This document shows positions 39,117 to 52,791 of a stretch of 64,000 nucleotides of DNA, one piece after another. The position numbers were made by a program, and so were the translations under genes. The first letter of the stretch is position 1; each line of letters starts with the position of its first letter. The DNA is from Squalus acanthias (lineage: Eukaryota): assembly GCA_030390025.1 (NCBI GenBank), contig CM059432.1, positions 51,276,001 to 51,340,000 of the forward strand, given 5' to 3'. Under the pieces are notes generated by a model, which was not told where the DNA came from, made no database searches, and saw nothing but the letters and a program-made list of their open reading frames with translations.

Positions 39117-40970
39117 ATGGCTTCTCAGAGGCCCAGGGAGAGAGCTCGCCAGTTTAGTGACCAGGCATTGGAGGCTCTGGTTGTGGCTGTGGAACGCTGA
39201 TGGGCAGTGCTGTTCCCAGACACTGGCAGGAGGCCATTGCCCCAGGAGTTCACAAGGGTGTGGAGGGAGGTTGCCCATTACATCTCGTCCAGAAGCCTGG
39301 TCCAAGGGACTCACACGCAGTGCCGCAAGAAGTTCAATGACCTCACTCGGGTGGTCAGGGTGAGTAGATGCTTGAAATACCTTTACATCCCACCATCTCA
39401 ACCTCACTGACAAATCCCCAACACTCACCCAACAACTATGCCCATCTACTAAAAGTCACATCCACATCTCACACCTTGCAGACATTAATGGCTATTCAAC
39501 TATGGTAGGCACATCTGGCCAAACACATGGCTGCACACTCACTCACACGCTGTCCTTTTTCTTGCAGGCCAAGCTTTCTCATAACTGGAGTGAGCAACAA
39601 CGCACGGGAGGAGGTCGGGCAGAGCTGCACCCCCTCACACAGCTGGAGGAGCGAGTTCACAGACTCATCGCGAGCCATGTCATGGGCGCTGTGGCAGTTG
39701 GCGAGGTCGACCCCTTTGGGGACAGCAATGGTATGTTCATCATCTCTCTCTCCTTTCTCATACGACTTCCACCTCACACCACAAGCCTTTCCCATTTTCC
39801 ATCTGACTATATTGTCTCCATTCCTTGCTCCCTTCCTGCCCCCCTGCCCTCACGTTAAAGCCACTCTTGTACCTTCCTGCTTTCAGATAGTGAGCCACCA
39901 TCTGACCAGCCTGTCCCTCAGCCTCCCAATGGCAGCGACGCGGGAGAGGAGAAGGAACACCAAGCTGGAGTCTCACTGCCTGCGTCTCCTGAGGGCGAGA
40001 CATCCAATACTGGGGCCACGTGGTCACTGGAGGGGAGCAGAGGAAATGGCTCTGATGTGGGTGAAGCTCTGGGACCCAGCGGGCTGCAGCAACACCATGG
40101 GGAAAGGGAAGCTCGGGGGCCATCTCCCCGGAGGGTGAGTTTGCACATGGGTTCTGCTGCACAGGACTCGGATGAGGACCTCGATATCGCGCTGATGAAT
40201 ACTCAGGCGATGAGCATGCACACTGAGCTCATGGGTGCAATGGCAAGGGTGCCCAAGAGCATGGATGCACTGGCTAGGAGCGTGGAGGAGTCTGCCGCCA
40301 GCACAGCTGTCATCTGTGCGCAAACCCTCGAGCCCATCCTTGCCTCGTTGCAGAGGATGGTTGACTTGCAGAGAGACCGTGGGGACCCAGACCCCATGCC
40401 GCGTGTAATGGGTGAGATGGCAGCATCTATTGCAGCACAGGCCGAGGCAACGCAATGGCTTAGTGATGGAATCGAGTCATTGGTTAGTGCCATCCAATCT
40501 CAGACTGCTCTGATGCAGTCTCAGATTGATGTCACACAAGCGCTGACTGCTGCCATCATCGCTGGGTCGCCCACAGTCCACCGGGGATCTCACGGTGCCA
40601 CACGGTTCTGCCCCGGGGGAGTGGCAGTGTGTCGGTCGAGCAGGAAGGTGCTGTCCTCTCTCAGGATGACAGCATTCCTGCAGCTACCACTGCCACTCTG
40701 CCATTGCACTTGCCACAGCCTGTAACCCAGCCAGCCCAGACTGCTGCCGCCCATGCAGAGTTGTTGCAGTCTGCAGCCGGGCCCTCCAGGCCCAAAGCTG
40801 GTCGAGGGTGTCCTTCAAGGCCATCTGCCGTCTCTGGATCTGAGATTTAGCAGCCTTCCACCAGTCTTGCTGCAGCCACTGGGGCCACATTATGGAGGAG
40901 CAGTAGGGTTGGAAGAGGGGAGAAGTGCGAAGGGGAGGGAGATCATTGAAGAAGGCCGAATAACTAAAAT
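39117..40970 (+). pseudogene. Harbinger Myb/SANT gene; exons 39117-39359, 39568-39730 and 39887 onward; nonsense codon in exon 1
   Basis: Same intron positions and the same 163-nt exon 2 as copy 3. In-frame TGA in exon 1 and a frameshift in exon 3. Confidence 0.8.
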
Positions 40971-41129
40971 TTCTCTAACATATGGGGGGAACTCTGTTTG
41001 TAACAAAGTTGGATGTGTATGTAAATATATTGTTCATTCTGTTAAGACTTATTTTGATGTGATAAGAACCAGTTTTGTTTGTTTATAAATTGTTGTGTTT
41101 GTTTGTTATTGGTTGTGCTTAATAATGGC

Positions 41130-42133
41130 TGGGTCCTCAGAATGGCGAGGTTGTGAAGCATGCAGCACACAACAATGAAAACCGATACTCACTCGGGAGA
41201 GTACTGCAGGACTCCTCCAGAGCGGTCAAGACACCAGAACCATTGCTTCAGCACGCCGATAGGCTGCTCAATCAGGTTCCTAGTGGCGCTATGGCTCTCA
41301 TTGTATGCGAGCTCAGCAGGAGTGTTGGGGTTACGGAGCGGTGTCATCAGCCAGGTACAGAGTGGATAACCCTTGTCCCCGAGGAGCCAGCCGCGAGCTT
41401 GATGCGGTGGTTTGAACAGGCCTGGGACACCAGTCTGGCGCAGAATGAAAGCATCGTGGCTGCTGCCAGGATAGCAGGCATTGACGGCGAGGATGGGCTA
41501 TCTGTGGTCGCACACCAACTGCACGTTGAGAGAGAGTGGAAGCCTTTGCGGTTGCGGAACACCTCTGCATTTTCATGAGGTGCCCGCAATGCCACATGAG
41601 TGCAGTCAATGGCGCCCTGAACCATGGGTAAGCCCGGTATCCTAACGAAGCCACATGCGCGTTCACGCTGTTTGTCTCGGGTCATGGGGAATGAGATGTA
41701 CTCCCTTCTCCTTTTGTAGAGAGCATTTGTGATGTCCTGGATGCAACAATGGACAGCGAACTGGGAGATGTTGGCAAAATCCCCTGTTGAAGCCTGGAAG
41801 GAGCCGCTGGCATAGAAATTGAGAGCCACCGTCACCTTCACTGCCACCGACAGAGACGTCCTGGTCCTGAGCTGAGGCTGGGGCTCTGGCTGCAGGAGGT
41901 GGCAGAACTCTGTGACCACCTCCTTACTGAAGTGGAGCCTTCTGAAACACTGCTCCTCGGACAGATGGATGTATGAGAATTGTACCCGGAATACCCTGGG
42001 AGGGTAAAGTCTCCTGTGCCGACCCCTGTTGGCCCTCTTCCCTCTGGCCATGTATTCCACTCTCTCTCTCTCCCTCTCCGCTACCACCGATGGTGATGCT
42101 GGAGGACGAGGCCCCGAGCTAGTACAGCCCCAT
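41130..42133 (-). pseudogene. Harbinger transposase, frameshifted and lacking the acidic tail
   Basis: ORF 41347-42087 with GAIDCTHVALRAP...NRKGFHS. Frameshift in the (CT)n at about 41530. Confidence 0.85.
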
Positions 42134-43377
42134 TAAATCTTCTAAATGTGGTCGAAATAAAGCTGACAGAAATGGGAACCTGAAAAATTTTGCTGACAAA
42201 CAAAACTCCTTCAAGTAGGACAGCGTTAAATGTCTCCAGACGTCTCTCTCCCTCTCACAACCTACGTATGCAAAATTGATTGCCAACAGGAAAAAGCAGG
42301 AAGCGCACGCCTTTAAATAGCGCTCCCCCAGCTCCCAGCCAACTGCAAACCGTCCCCCTCTACCTGTCGTTCCTAGCACCAGGCACTGAGGCAGGTGACG
42401 AGAATCAATTTCCGGTCCAGGGCGCTACTGGGGCGATGCGCGCTTGGATGATGTCACGATCTCCGGGCGCAGGAGATCGTGGTGGTAGTGTTTAGCGCCA
42501 CCGCAAACCACCAGGTCAATTTCACGGGCGGCGCTAAAATTGACGCACTCGGGCGGTAAGTTGTTAGCGCCCCGTTAGCTAACGGGAGGCGCTAACCAAC
42601 CGAATTTTTCCCCCCATGCCTACTCCTTTAAGTTGCCAAGTTCCATGCTAAGGCCTCTTTCTAAACTGATGTACAGCATGCGGCACACTACTATAATTTT
42701 GGAAACCTCCTCTGGGTCATGTTGTAAGGGCCATCGAGCAGTAAAAACATTTGAAATATTGCCTTGAGCATCCTGAATGCCTGGTCCATGATTCATCTGG
42801 TCTGTCCATATGCCTTCTTGTAACTTTGTTCTACTCGAGATAGGGGTCATATCACACTGTGACAGAATTAATATCTGTCCTATTTTAATCATTGAAAAAA
42901 ATGAACATTAGTGGGTAGATTGTATGCATTAAACTGACTGAAAATCATGGAAGTGCGCTGACCTTCGCATCCAAATTCTTCAAATGACCAACTGTGCGAA
43001 GCTCTGTGCCAATGCCTGAATCAATTCATTAAAATCTTCCCTTATGTCATTTTATATGAGGTTTTAGTGGGCCAAAATTGGCAAATGCAAATTGGCCTCT
43101 CCTATCTGCTGTTTCTGTTGCTTCTTTAGTTAGCAGACACAGCTTTGTCTGGGGTAAATCACATGTTGAATTACAGCAAGAATTCTCTCCTGGTTGTGAA
43201 AATTTTGAAGGCAGCAGTAATTTTGAGCTACAGCATTCAATTTATGAGCCACATTCTAAACTTAGGTGTGCCGTAGCTCTCAGATTCAGTGGTGTCAGTT
43301 GCTCCTTAAGTGGTCTGACTAGCACAACCCAGCAGTGTAACAATGAAACGCTCTTGTGATCTGACCTGGATCTCTAT

Positions 43378-45144
43378 GGCCAAGAGTTTCCGGGGGGTCA
43401 GCGGGCGCGATCGATGGCGGGTCAGGTGGGAAAGTGTTTTTTTCCCCAGCGGGTCGAGACCCTGCTGTGAACCCACCGCCACGCGCCTTTCCCCGATGTC
43501 AGGTCTGTCAGCACTGAGCAGACCCGACACGCAGCGGCGGGGAACCCAATTCAGGTAATTATGACCTTGTTTAGAGATCATTAAGAATACATTTGAGCTC
43601 ACCTTTTGATTTTACGTGCTCACCCACGGGTCCTCGCTGCTCGGGAATCATGTCTGTGAAGCTGAGGCGGGAGTTCAGTGGCCATTGAATCAGCTGTTGA
43701 GTTGACAGCTTCAAATGTAAAGTAAAAGCTTCCACCTTACAGAGATATCTTCCCTCAGCCACAAGCTCTTCCTCACTGCATTTCCACAACAGATTATCCA
43801 TGCTGCAAGTCTTTACACAAGTCTCCATCCAGTCTGACCTCATTACCTCTCTGTCCATTGACAGATCGCTTCTGTCATCTCTACTTCACCTGCCATCTAT
43901 TCCATCAGCATGGGTGCTCTTTATACTCTCTCACCTTGGTCCTCAGAATCCCACCACGATCAGCCCCAATACCAGCATCACCAGGCACACCAGCAACATC
44001 AACAACAACACTAACCTTCTCCGCAATCAACTGATGCTGCACAGGACACAGGGCATCAGCACCCGACCACATTGCTGCCCGGGAGGCCAGGGATGGCCTC
44101 ACCATGGCCAGATTTACTTCACTTGATGCTGTACACCCTGGCTGCCACATGATGTGCCAGGTTGGCACCACCCCACAACTACACTAAAAAGCATCCCTAC
44201 AATGCCCAAGCCATTTCTTTCACACTCATCACCATTGCGGGGGGTATCGTTATGTCTCACCATTCACTGCCACTCACTAAGCCACTTCCAAAGGTCCACA
44301 CAAATCTGTCCAAGAACGCAAAGTGTTGAAAATAAAGGTTTCAGTGTTTGACACCACATTAACAGAAACTTTACATGAACATTGCATAAAATACCCAAGT
44401 GCCTACCCTTGTGTGTTGTTAGTTGGTATGCTTGCACTAGGATGAGGGTGAGTGTGAGGGGTGGCTAGTGAGATGGGGAAGTGATAATGTAGATAGAGAG
44501 GGATGGGTGGAGGTCTAAGGTAAGTTGGTGTGAGTAAGGATGTGCAGGAGTAGGGTAAAGAAGGCAGAGTGATGTGGATGTGATGAGAGGCACAGCAGGA
44601 TGAGGTTGAGCGTGGCTTTGTACTAACCTTCGTGATCTACTGAGATCATTGAAATGTTTGCGGCACTGCACCCAGGTCCTCCTGACCACATCCCTGCTTG
44701 TGCCCTCCTCTGCAATGTACAACCAGGCTGTGTTGATCTCCTGGGGAGGTCTCTTCTGCCCATTGGAAGGGAAGAGGACCTCTCTGGGTGCTGTGACTCC
44801 CTATAAGCATATGGAGGAAGTCATGGGAGAGCCTGGGTGCAGCCCTGCACCTCTGTGCAGTGATTGTTAGTGTTTGCAGCACTTCAATGCTGTAGAACAC
44901 TGACAGCACGAATGTCAAAGTAAATTTGGACTTGGTCCCTTTAAGGAAGCCGGCTGATGACACGTCATCAAATGACGTCACCAGACCCGCTTCCTCTAAT
45001 TGGCCGGGAAGCGCGATGGGCGGGCTTAACAAGCCCAATCAAGGTAAATTCATTTCTGACAGTGGGCTGGAGCCAGCAGCGGGGTTGGGATCCGCCACCG
45101 ACGTCGCCCGCCATGGTCCTGCCGAGGTCAGCAAAATCACGGCC
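43378..45144. mobile_element. Internally deleted Harbinger of another family, with a Myb exon remnant
   Basis: Ends GGCCAAGAGTTT and AAAATCACGGCC, with TAT on both flanks. Minus strand RRTWVQCRKHFNDLSR at about 44630-44700. Confidence 0.7.
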
Positions 45145-47689
45145 TATGACTTACACTTCGATCTCTCAGAAGGCAGACCAAGGTAACACTAGGTGAGGCA
45201 ACTTCTGATGCAAAAACATTGGCTGCCTTATTCCACTGGAGCTAAAGCGTACAGAAAAACTGGTATGAAAAAGTCACTTGGTACAATTGATGCTACTCCT
45301 GTTCATGTACTGTTACAAAAGCAAAGACCATATTGAATGTTAACCCACTCCAGTGGTTCATTTTGAACAAGTGAAAAGAACAATCTCTCTGCACCCTGTC
45401 CTACCACGCAAGACACAGTTCCTTTTCCTGTGCAGCCTAATGCTGCTTGACTGCCTTTTGGTATCTGTGGTCTCATTTTTAAAAGTCTCTCTCACAGATC
45501 AATACAGATGAAAAAGGGTTCGGCAACTCTACAGTGTGAGTGTACTTCTGAATAACCAGACATTGCTAATGAATTTCCGATTACTTGGTCTCTGAGCGAA
45601 ACAACTTCCCAGCTTGAATATTAATTATCATCCATCTGCCTACAGACAAGCAAGCTTCCATACACAGCAGCCTTTAACGTATCTCATGTGCAAGTCCTTT
45701 TGGTAGGAAATGAAAAACATTGCAAAATATTTGTCTCATATGTATCAATAAGATGTCTGACAATAACAACATTTTATTTCCTTCAACCTTTCTTACTTTC
45801 CTCACTAAATAGACTACAGATTGGAGGAGTGGGGTGGGAGGGGGGCTCTGGTCGCAATCGGGGGGGCTCTGGAGACGATGTGCGGGTGGGGCCTCTGGCC
45901 ACAATCGCAGGGCAAGGTAGGCCCAAGGCTTCCTTGTGAGGTCTGGAGGAGCACTCTTGCTCCTTCTGGCCAACAAGGAAACCTAAAATAACATTTTTCA
46001 CACTTCTGGCCCACGATCCAGCTCCTGGCAGGTATGGCCTGATGAGGAAGCCATCACTACCGCCCGCATAGGCCTCTGGCTTAAATTGCAGATTGGTGCT
46101 GATGACATCATCGGACCTGATCTGCATATTTAAAGAAGGACCTCCGCTGCCTCCCTACTGGCGTCTAGTTAACCTGCACAAAAGTGCAGGTTAAGATCGG
46201 GATGCAGCGGGAAGGCAACAAAATCAGAGGGGATAAGTGACTGGCTTCATTTTAACTGTCTCCCCTCCCAGTTTCCACCAGGTGGGGGCAGTTAAAATCG
46301 GGGCCATAGTGCAACAACAGGGGAGAAGAAGATTGAGAACTAAGCTTTGACCAAAAAAATTATACAGGACATACCTCAATTTTCTAAATAGCTCAGAGGA
46401 GCAGTGTATTTGGAAGTTTGGGGTCAGTAGCAGGTATTACATTTGGGTTATTCCCGAACACTTTTGTCTTGCAGTCATAGCAGAAAAGTGGTGTGCATAA
46501 GCAGACCACAAGTCTCCTGTGAACCAAAACTTGCATCCTTATACGTGGGTTGCTTGGGGCACATGCCCAGGTTTAATAGTTAACCCCTATTTACAGACTA
46601 TTATTCACTGGAGATCACATGGAATGTTTACCATGTTCTTATGAAAGGCAGGAAATACCATGTTGACTTATTTACAGCTCAGTTAATACATAGAAGCTAA
46701 ATAATACCGCAAGATATTAATATGAGCGCAATATTTAAAACATTAAAATTACAACCAGTCCACAAGGGGGCACAAACGGTAAAGTTTCTCTCCTGGTAAA
46801 CTTTTCAGATGCAATGTCATATATGAATGATAAGAATTTCATTTCATCCATGGAGTTCAGATCTCCTGCCAGTACAAAACTGAGCACGCAGAGCTGGGAT
46901 TTATGCCATGGGATGTTGTTTATGTTACAGCCATTTCATTGATGTAAACAGACAGGATGAGATTTTAACAGATTTCACACCTTATGAGGTGAAGTGTTAA
47001 TGCTTAGATATTCATTGCTTTCTCCATACATTTCCTTCAATGGCTCAGCATGCAGTGAAATTAGAAATTAGCACAAATGGCTGTTGTATTTGCCTACATA
47101 ACAGCAGTGATTGCACTTCAAAAGTAGTTCATTGGATGTGAAGAGCTTTGAGCACATAATAAGGTGCTATATAAATGCAAGTTTTTCTTTCTACTAAGTG
47201 AAAATCTGGGTCTTGGGAAATTAAGGTTACTTGTTGAAACAATTATTTTACCCATGTAGTAAGATACCAATTTGACAATAGTGATACCTTACTAATTTTG
47301 CCTAACAGTTGAACAATTGCGCTGTCAAATTCTGATATCATGATAACAAAATACTGCAGATGCTGGAAATCCGACTCTTTAATAACAACAGTGTCCCTGT
47401 TTTTTCTCAATAAAATTTATTATTGAGAGCAATAGAAAAATAGGTGTATTCTTCTCTTGATACCATAGTGCGTTCCTTTTAATAGATGACTAGCTGACTC
47501 TGGTCTCTGACTTGGTTACACATTTGGGTTTGACTGTGTTTTTACTGTTCAATTGTGTACCAAAAAACTATTAAAAATTATTTGTGTTTTCTTTCCCCAA
47601 TGCAGGCCTCTTTTATCTAGAGGGAGGATGATCTGAGCTGTACATGGGCACACCGGGCAGCCTCTGTTTCCTCAGGGACTCAGTTTAAT

Positions 47690-48300
47690 GGTTGTTCACA
47701 CTTCAGGTGCAGAAGATCCTTCAATTATACTGACGGGGTAAATAAAGAATGCAGTGCGCATATCTCTTACTGCCTGATAAATGCTGAGCTGTTTCCCAAT
47801 GCCTTCAATTGGTGCAGACCCAGTGTAAGGAGGCAGGTGAGCCGGGAGGGGGCGTTTCCAGCCCTCCTGCCTCACTTTCCTCTGTGTGTTCCAATGGATA
47901 ACCAAATAGAAGAGTGTCTCCAAAAAAAGCTGCTGGTGGGGTCTGCAGGGGCCCAGTGAGCACCTCGAAGATCAATGCTGTTATAAGGTGAGGGAATCTT
48001 TTCTCTCCTCAGCACAATCCTCAGGCCTCGGGACTGCCTGACTGCTGCTCATTGATTTGTACTGCAGATGACCCCTGTGATAGCTGGGACGGAGCCAAAG
48101 GCAGAACAATTCAAGGTGATGGTGTCCTTGACTGTCCCTGTGGTGTCCCTGTGGTGTCCCTGTGGTCAAGGTTGTCTGTAGGTCAGACTGCAGCAGATGA
48201 CACAATTCTATCATTGCCTCCCTGGTGAAGTGGAGCCGTCAAGGGCAGTTCTTTTTGGACATTCTCATGTAACTGTGTCTCTTTAATTAATGGTGAATTT
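47690..48300 (-). pseudogene. Very old Harbinger transposase fragment
   Basis: IELCHLLQSDLQ motif in ORF 47981-48214. Confidence 0.5.
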
Positions 48301-49931
48301 AGCTTAGTCTGCATCTGGTGCAAGCGAATCTCTCTTGCAACCATCTTTTCAGCCTTTTCTTCGACCTCCAAAATATTCAAGGACCGGAGCACTCAATTCA
48401 ATGGGTAGTGAACCAAAAATACCTTCAAGGAAGTACTACTTGAAGGACCTTTTATGTTAATTACTCCAGGCAGGCAGAGCAGAATTTATGATCCCCTATG
48501 AAAAACAGGCTTTTGCGCAAGGAGTCGTTATAATGCTATTTACATAAAACTGATCATTTAAATTAAGCTCTTGCATAGAATATGTGGGAGGGAGTTGGTG
48601 GTATGGAACATTGTGTTCTGTGCTCAATCAGTGGTGAGTCAAAGAATTTTACCAATGTACTATTTTCAAACATAAAAATGGGGGAAACAGCTTAGGTCTG
48701 AAGTTGATGACGTCAGCATTAGGACGTAGAAGGATAATGAGGTACTTTTCTTCAAAATGCAATGTTACAGTTAAAGCATAATGCATTTGTTATGGATTAA
48801 AGAGAGTGGGAGAAATTCAACGTTGTTCTGCCAGCTTTGCAGTCATAAAGTGCAACAATGATTAATTTAGCAATGCAACCTGATCTGAGCATGCATTTGG
48901 GTCACTGCTAAATTGGTCAGGGCCTTTTTTTAGGTGGTCCTGGCGACTGCCTGAATCGAGTGCAGGCCTCATTTCAATATTAAAATGGAGGTCTTGCATC
49001 TGTTTCAGGACTACTTTTTCCAGATCTACAGTGGCCTAACCCCCAGTCCTTAAAGAGACTGCTGGAGGCCAGCGAAGAAACTGGCAGGTAAGTTTTTTAT
49101 ACTTTCCTAAATGTACTCATCCCCCCCAAGGATCCCTGGCTGCAGCCTCCTTTTGCTGGTTCTCTCTTCCGCCCGCCGGCCAGTCTGGAAACTGAACAAA
49201 AAAATATTAATAAAGTCCTGCGGTTAAGTTTGGCAGGACCTCCATGTCCCCTGCCTTTCCAGGTTCTTAGGCCGTTTTCGACCTCCCCCGTATCCACTCC
49301 ACCTCCCCATAAATATCGGACCGAGTCTCAGACTGATATTCAATCCGCTTTTGAAGGAAGGAGACACATATTCCATAGTGTAAGTGCTCTCCGTTGTGAT
49401 CCCCGAGTCTCGCTACCATTTACCTAAATGTTGGGAAGGTTCTGGATTGTAGGGAATGTGAGGTCTGTTTACACAAATATTCAAAAACATGACACCAGGC
49501 ATTACAGACAAGGGGAATGATCAAGTTGAGATAAATAAAATAAAGCAGTAAACTTGATGATATGTGCGTTAAAAAAAGAAAGAGAAGGTCATAGGCAAGT
49601 AGCATTAATCCATTTGTTTAATTAATTTATTTAAAATAATCTAGAAGAAATGGTCTAAAAATTACTGTTGGCAATATCAATGGATGAATACTTAATTGGG
49701 GAGATTTCAACAATACCCGCCTGGCGGAAACTAGGCAGGTGGGCAGTTAAAATTGCAAAGGTTATTTACTCGCCCTCGAGCCGACTGAATCCTACTAATT
49801 TTTAGGCGGCCAACCCACCCACCCAAAGCCAGTGGGGTCCTTGTTTATATATGCACATCGGAATCTGATGATGTCATCAGGCCTTGATTGCAGCTTTGAT
49901 GCAGACCTGAGCAGGGAACCTTTTCACTTTA

Positions 49932-50690
49932 ATAATAAATAAAAACAGACAATGCTGGAAATACTCAGCAGGTCAGGCAGCATCTGTGGAGAGAGAAGCA
50001 GAGTTAACATTTCAGGTCGATAACCTTTCGTCAGAACTGGAAAAAAGTTAGAGATGTAACAGGATTTGAGCAAGTACAGGGGCAGGGAAAGTGGGGAGGA
50101 GGGGAAAGAACAAAAGAGAAGGTCTGTGATAGGGTGGAAGGCAGGAGAGATTAAATGACAAAAAGTATGATTGTACAAAGCAAAAGGAGATGGTAATGCG
50201 ACAGGTAAAGAAACAAAAGATGAGGTGTAAATGGGAATTGCAGTATCATCAATAGCTACCATCTGAAAAAATAGGTGTAGAGGTTATGGTCTGAAATTGC
50301 TGAACTCGATGTTGAGTCCAGAAGGCTGTAAAGTGCCTAATCGAAAGATGAGGTGCTGTTCCTTGAGTTTACGTTGAGCTTCATTGGAACAGTGAAGGAG
50401 GCCAAAGACTGAGAGGTCAGCGTGGGAGTGGTGTGGAGAATTACAGTGACAGGTGACCGGAAGCTCGGGGTCATGCTTACGGACTGAATGGAGGTGTTCC
50501 GCAAAGCAGTCACCCAATCTGCGTTTGGTCTCCCCAGTGCAGAGGAGACCGCATCATGAGCAGTGAATACAGTATACTAAATTGCAAGAAGTACAAGTAA
50601 ATCGCTGTTTCACCTGGAAGGAGTGTTTGGGGCCCTGGGCAGTGGGAAGGGAGGAGGTAAAAGGGCAGGTGTTGTATCTCCTGCGTTTGC
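49932..50690 (-). mobile_element. Penelope-like element 3' portion
   Basis: ORF 50284-50517 (FAEHLHSVRKHDPELPV...EQHLIFRLGTLQPSGLN) is a Penelope GIY-YIG C-terminus. Near-identical in structure to 4693-5500. Confidence 0.85.
50002..50038 (-). ncRNA. Minimal type I hammerhead ribozyme motif
   Basis: Minus strand AGTT-CTGACGA-a-AGGTT-atc-GACCT-GAAA-TGTT-AACT, with stem I AGTT/AACT and stem II present. Confidence 0.7.
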
Positions 50691-50762
50691 AACCTTTTTA
50701 CTTTCTTTTGTGGGGCCAGGAAGAGTAGGAGTGCTCCTCTGGAAGTCACAATGAAATTTTAA

Positions 50763-51638
50763 GGCCACAATTTTATTAATGGAGGCGGGTTGAGTGCGGG
50801 ACAGCTGGTTTCCGGCTTCCAGTCCCGCTTCCAGCTGCATACGGTCCACAGACGCGATTTTGCCTTGATTGACCTTGTTAAGCCCGCCCTGCGGACTTGC
50901 CGGCCAATTAACAGGAAGCTGGTCTGATGGCGTCATTTGATGACACATCATCTGCCGGTTTCCTTAAAGGGACCACGCACAATTTTATTTTGACAGTTAA
51001 TTTCTCAGTGTTTGACAGCATTGAGGTGCTGAAAACACTGACAATCACTGCACAAAGGTGACCTCTTACACCCAGGCTCTCCAATGACTCCCTCCATAGG
51101 CTGGAATAGATGGCAGCTGCAGGTGAGGTGACAGAAGTGATTTGTCACTGGTAAGAAAGGTTCTCCCAATGAGGTGGCACTGGACATGGTTTTATAAACT
51201 TGTAAGCTAAAGAAATCTGTAAATGTATTAAAAATGCAGTACCCAACATTTTCTTTGCTCTGAAACTCACCATGTGCAACACTGGATCCTTCACACCACT
51301 TCTGCTGCTGTCATCATTCACAAACATTACAGCAGACTCACAACACGCCACATTTACCTGGCGTGGTGTCCGGACATTGGGAAACCCGAGCCAGAAGTGG
51401 CAAAATCCAAAAACAGGCTGTAAACTACTGGCAAGTACCTGTTAATAGGCAGGTAATTGCCTTTAATCCGCTTCCAGCCGCTACGAGTCGGGTCCATTTG
51501 CAAATCAGGGACCCGACACCTGGGAAAGCTGTTTGGAGGCGGGTTGACAGTGGGATCGGAACCCACCGTCAATCAAAATGAATTTAACCTCTGACCCGCC
51601 TCCAAACCTGTCCTCTGGGTGCTGGCAAAATCGCGACC
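50763..51638. mobile_element. Harbinger deletion derivative (family of 43378)
   Basis: Ends GGCCACAATTTT and AAAATCGCGACC with a canonical TAA duplication. Shares GATTGACCTTGTTAAGCCC with 54504 and, inverted, with 45020. Confidence 0.7.
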
Positions 51639-52572
51639 TAAGACTCCCCTGCCATTAACTCCCCTGCTCTCTATCCCCTGCCTTTCCCATAATTACTTAA
51701 GTACCGAGGGCGGCCATAGCCGTGTGATTTTCCGGAGGTCGGTAGCCTCTTCCTGTCCGGAATGGCCAGGAAGTGGACCGTTAAAATATTAAGGAGGCCT
51801 GGGAGTAAAAATAGCCTGGGCCTGATTTCTGCAGCAGTGGGTGAATTTCCAACTCATTTTGCTATCCAGCCACCCGGAGTGAAAATCAGGGCCAATGTGT
51901 TTGTGCAACATTCTTCTGTCCACTGTTTTAGTAAAGGCTTTAACCTATTTAAATCACGCAGATTAATGCCTGCATTATGGCAGACAGAGACATCTCACGT
52001 TAATGCAATAAGTGTTCACCTGCTGAATCGCTAACAGTCATTTTTAGTTTAGTATCTCCAAATTTGAAACTTAGTTTTTGGCATCTTTCATTTGAAGAAG
52101 TCAACACAAGATGCTTGGGATTGATTGAAATAGCAACAACAACAACATGGACTGGTTGGGCCGAATGGCCTGTTTCTGTGCCGTATATCCGATGTAACAA
52201 CAACAACTTGTATTTATATAGCATCTTTTATGTAGTAAAATGTCGCAAGGTGCTATATAGCTGGAAATATTAACTGACATACAAAAGAATAGAATAGAAT
52301 CACTAGCATTGGGAAAATGTTAGATAATTACAGGTTTCCTGTTTAGCTATAAAGGTCATCTCACAGCTTTTAGATATGTTTGAAAAGTCAATCACCAACT
52401 CTTAATCAAGTTATCATTTCACTTCTCACATCAGAAAAGGATAAATGTAGCTGTTAACAGTCTAATTACATTACCCCCACAATAATTTACTGGCAAGTTG
52501 ATTGTAGGATTATACTGTGGAATTTAGTTTGTCATTATCAAGCAGGGTTTACCAAAATAAGATACTCTACAT

Positions 52573-52791
52573 CAGGGGTGAGCAATTATTTGGGCTGGAG
52601 GACCACTTAGCAAGTTTTGGTGAGCTGCTGAGGACCGCACACCAATGTTTCCCCGAAGATGCGCGGTCGCGCGGTTGCGCACCTATCGCGAGATCCTGTG
52701 CAGGCCGCTCACCAGCTCCTGCCACTGGAAGAGATACTGCGCATGCAGTATTGTTAAGTGGCCCTCCAGCCCAAATAATTGGCCACCCCTG
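52573..52791. mobile_element. hAT-like MITE
   Basis: About 37-bp TIRs: CAGGGGTGAGCAATTATTTGGGCTGGAGG and CCTCCAGCCCAAATAATTGGCCACCCCTG. No clear 8-bp TSD. Confidence 0.7.

Larger units (their letters stand above)
38846..42614. mobile_element. PIF/Harbinger transposon copy 4 (same family as copy 3, opposite orientation)
   Basis: TIRs GGGGGAAAAATT and AATTTTTCCCCC; CAT duplicated at 38843-38845 and 42615-42617. Confidence 0.9.
49697..51893. mobile_element. MITE hosting a Penelope fragment and a second Harbinger derivative
   Basis: Ends TGGGGAGATTTC and GAAAATCAGGGCC, with AAT on both flanks. Confidence 0.55.
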
